Below, piece after piece: positions 34,346-34,349 of a stretch of 34,349 bases of DNA. A program made the position numbers and the translations under genes. The stretch spans positions 1-34,349 of the forward strand of contig CAYQKO010000002.1 in assembly GCA_964418205.1 (NCBI GenBank), read 5' to 3'. Positions within the stretch are counted from its first letter, which is position 1. Every line of letters begins with the position of its first letter. Under the pieces are notes generated by a model. It was not told where the DNA came from. It saw only the letters and a program-made list of their open reading frames with translations, and searched no databases. This DNA comes from an uncultured Muribaculaceae bacterium. GTDB taxonomy: Bacteria; Bacillota_I; Bacilli_A; RF39; UBA660.

Positions 34346-34349
34346 TTGA

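Noticed and set aside
1-34349. A search of the window for CRISPR arrays, tRNA/rRNA genes, IS elements, integrases, toxin-antitoxin pairs or defence-island signatures.
   Set aside because: There are no direct-repeat/spacer arrays. There are no GC-rich cloverleaf or rRNA-like segments in this uniformly AT-rich sequence. No transposase, recombinase or nuclease motifs appear in any ORF. The window is core origin-proximal chromosome.

Overview
This AT-rich window from a Firmicute chromosome is centred on the replication origin. All genes but one left of about 24.3-24.9 kb are on the minus strand, and every gene to the right is on the plus strand. The plus strand is visibly T/C-rich on the left and A/G-rich on the right. 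The core is the conserved array rsmG-mnmG-mnmE / jag-yidC-rnpA-rpmH | oriC | dnaA-dnaN ... recF-gyrB-gyrA. DnaA-box clusters lie on both sides of dnaA, with an AT-rich unwinding region just before dnaN. The left 12.7 kb is a compacted housekeeping and sporulation block: spoIID, a degenerate M23 SpoIIQ-like gene, rpiB, rpmE, murA, mntP, spoIIR, prmC, prfA, rpoE, argS. The combination of RpoE (delta subunit), ComK and SpoIID/SpoIIR points to a spore-forming Bacilli or Erysipelotrichia-like lineage. TGA is used as a stop (dnaA, yidC), so this is genetic code 11. I saw no rRNA, tRNA, CRISPR array, transposase or integrase. The departures from the canonical origin layout are: (1) an orphan 541-aa gene between jag and mnmE; (2) a lone Noc-type ParB paralog with a long acidic insert, no N-terminal amphipathic helix and no adjacent ParA; (3) two perfect parS palindromes after gyrA; (4) a tandem double DnaA box repeated verbatim inside the dnaA coding sequence; (5) a membrane-protein gene plus comK where yaaA normally sits between dnaN and recF; (6) an orphan ATP-grasp gene; (7) a decayed gene and a small ORF splitting prfA from prmC. 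No complete multi-gene novel system is demonstrable from sequence alone.
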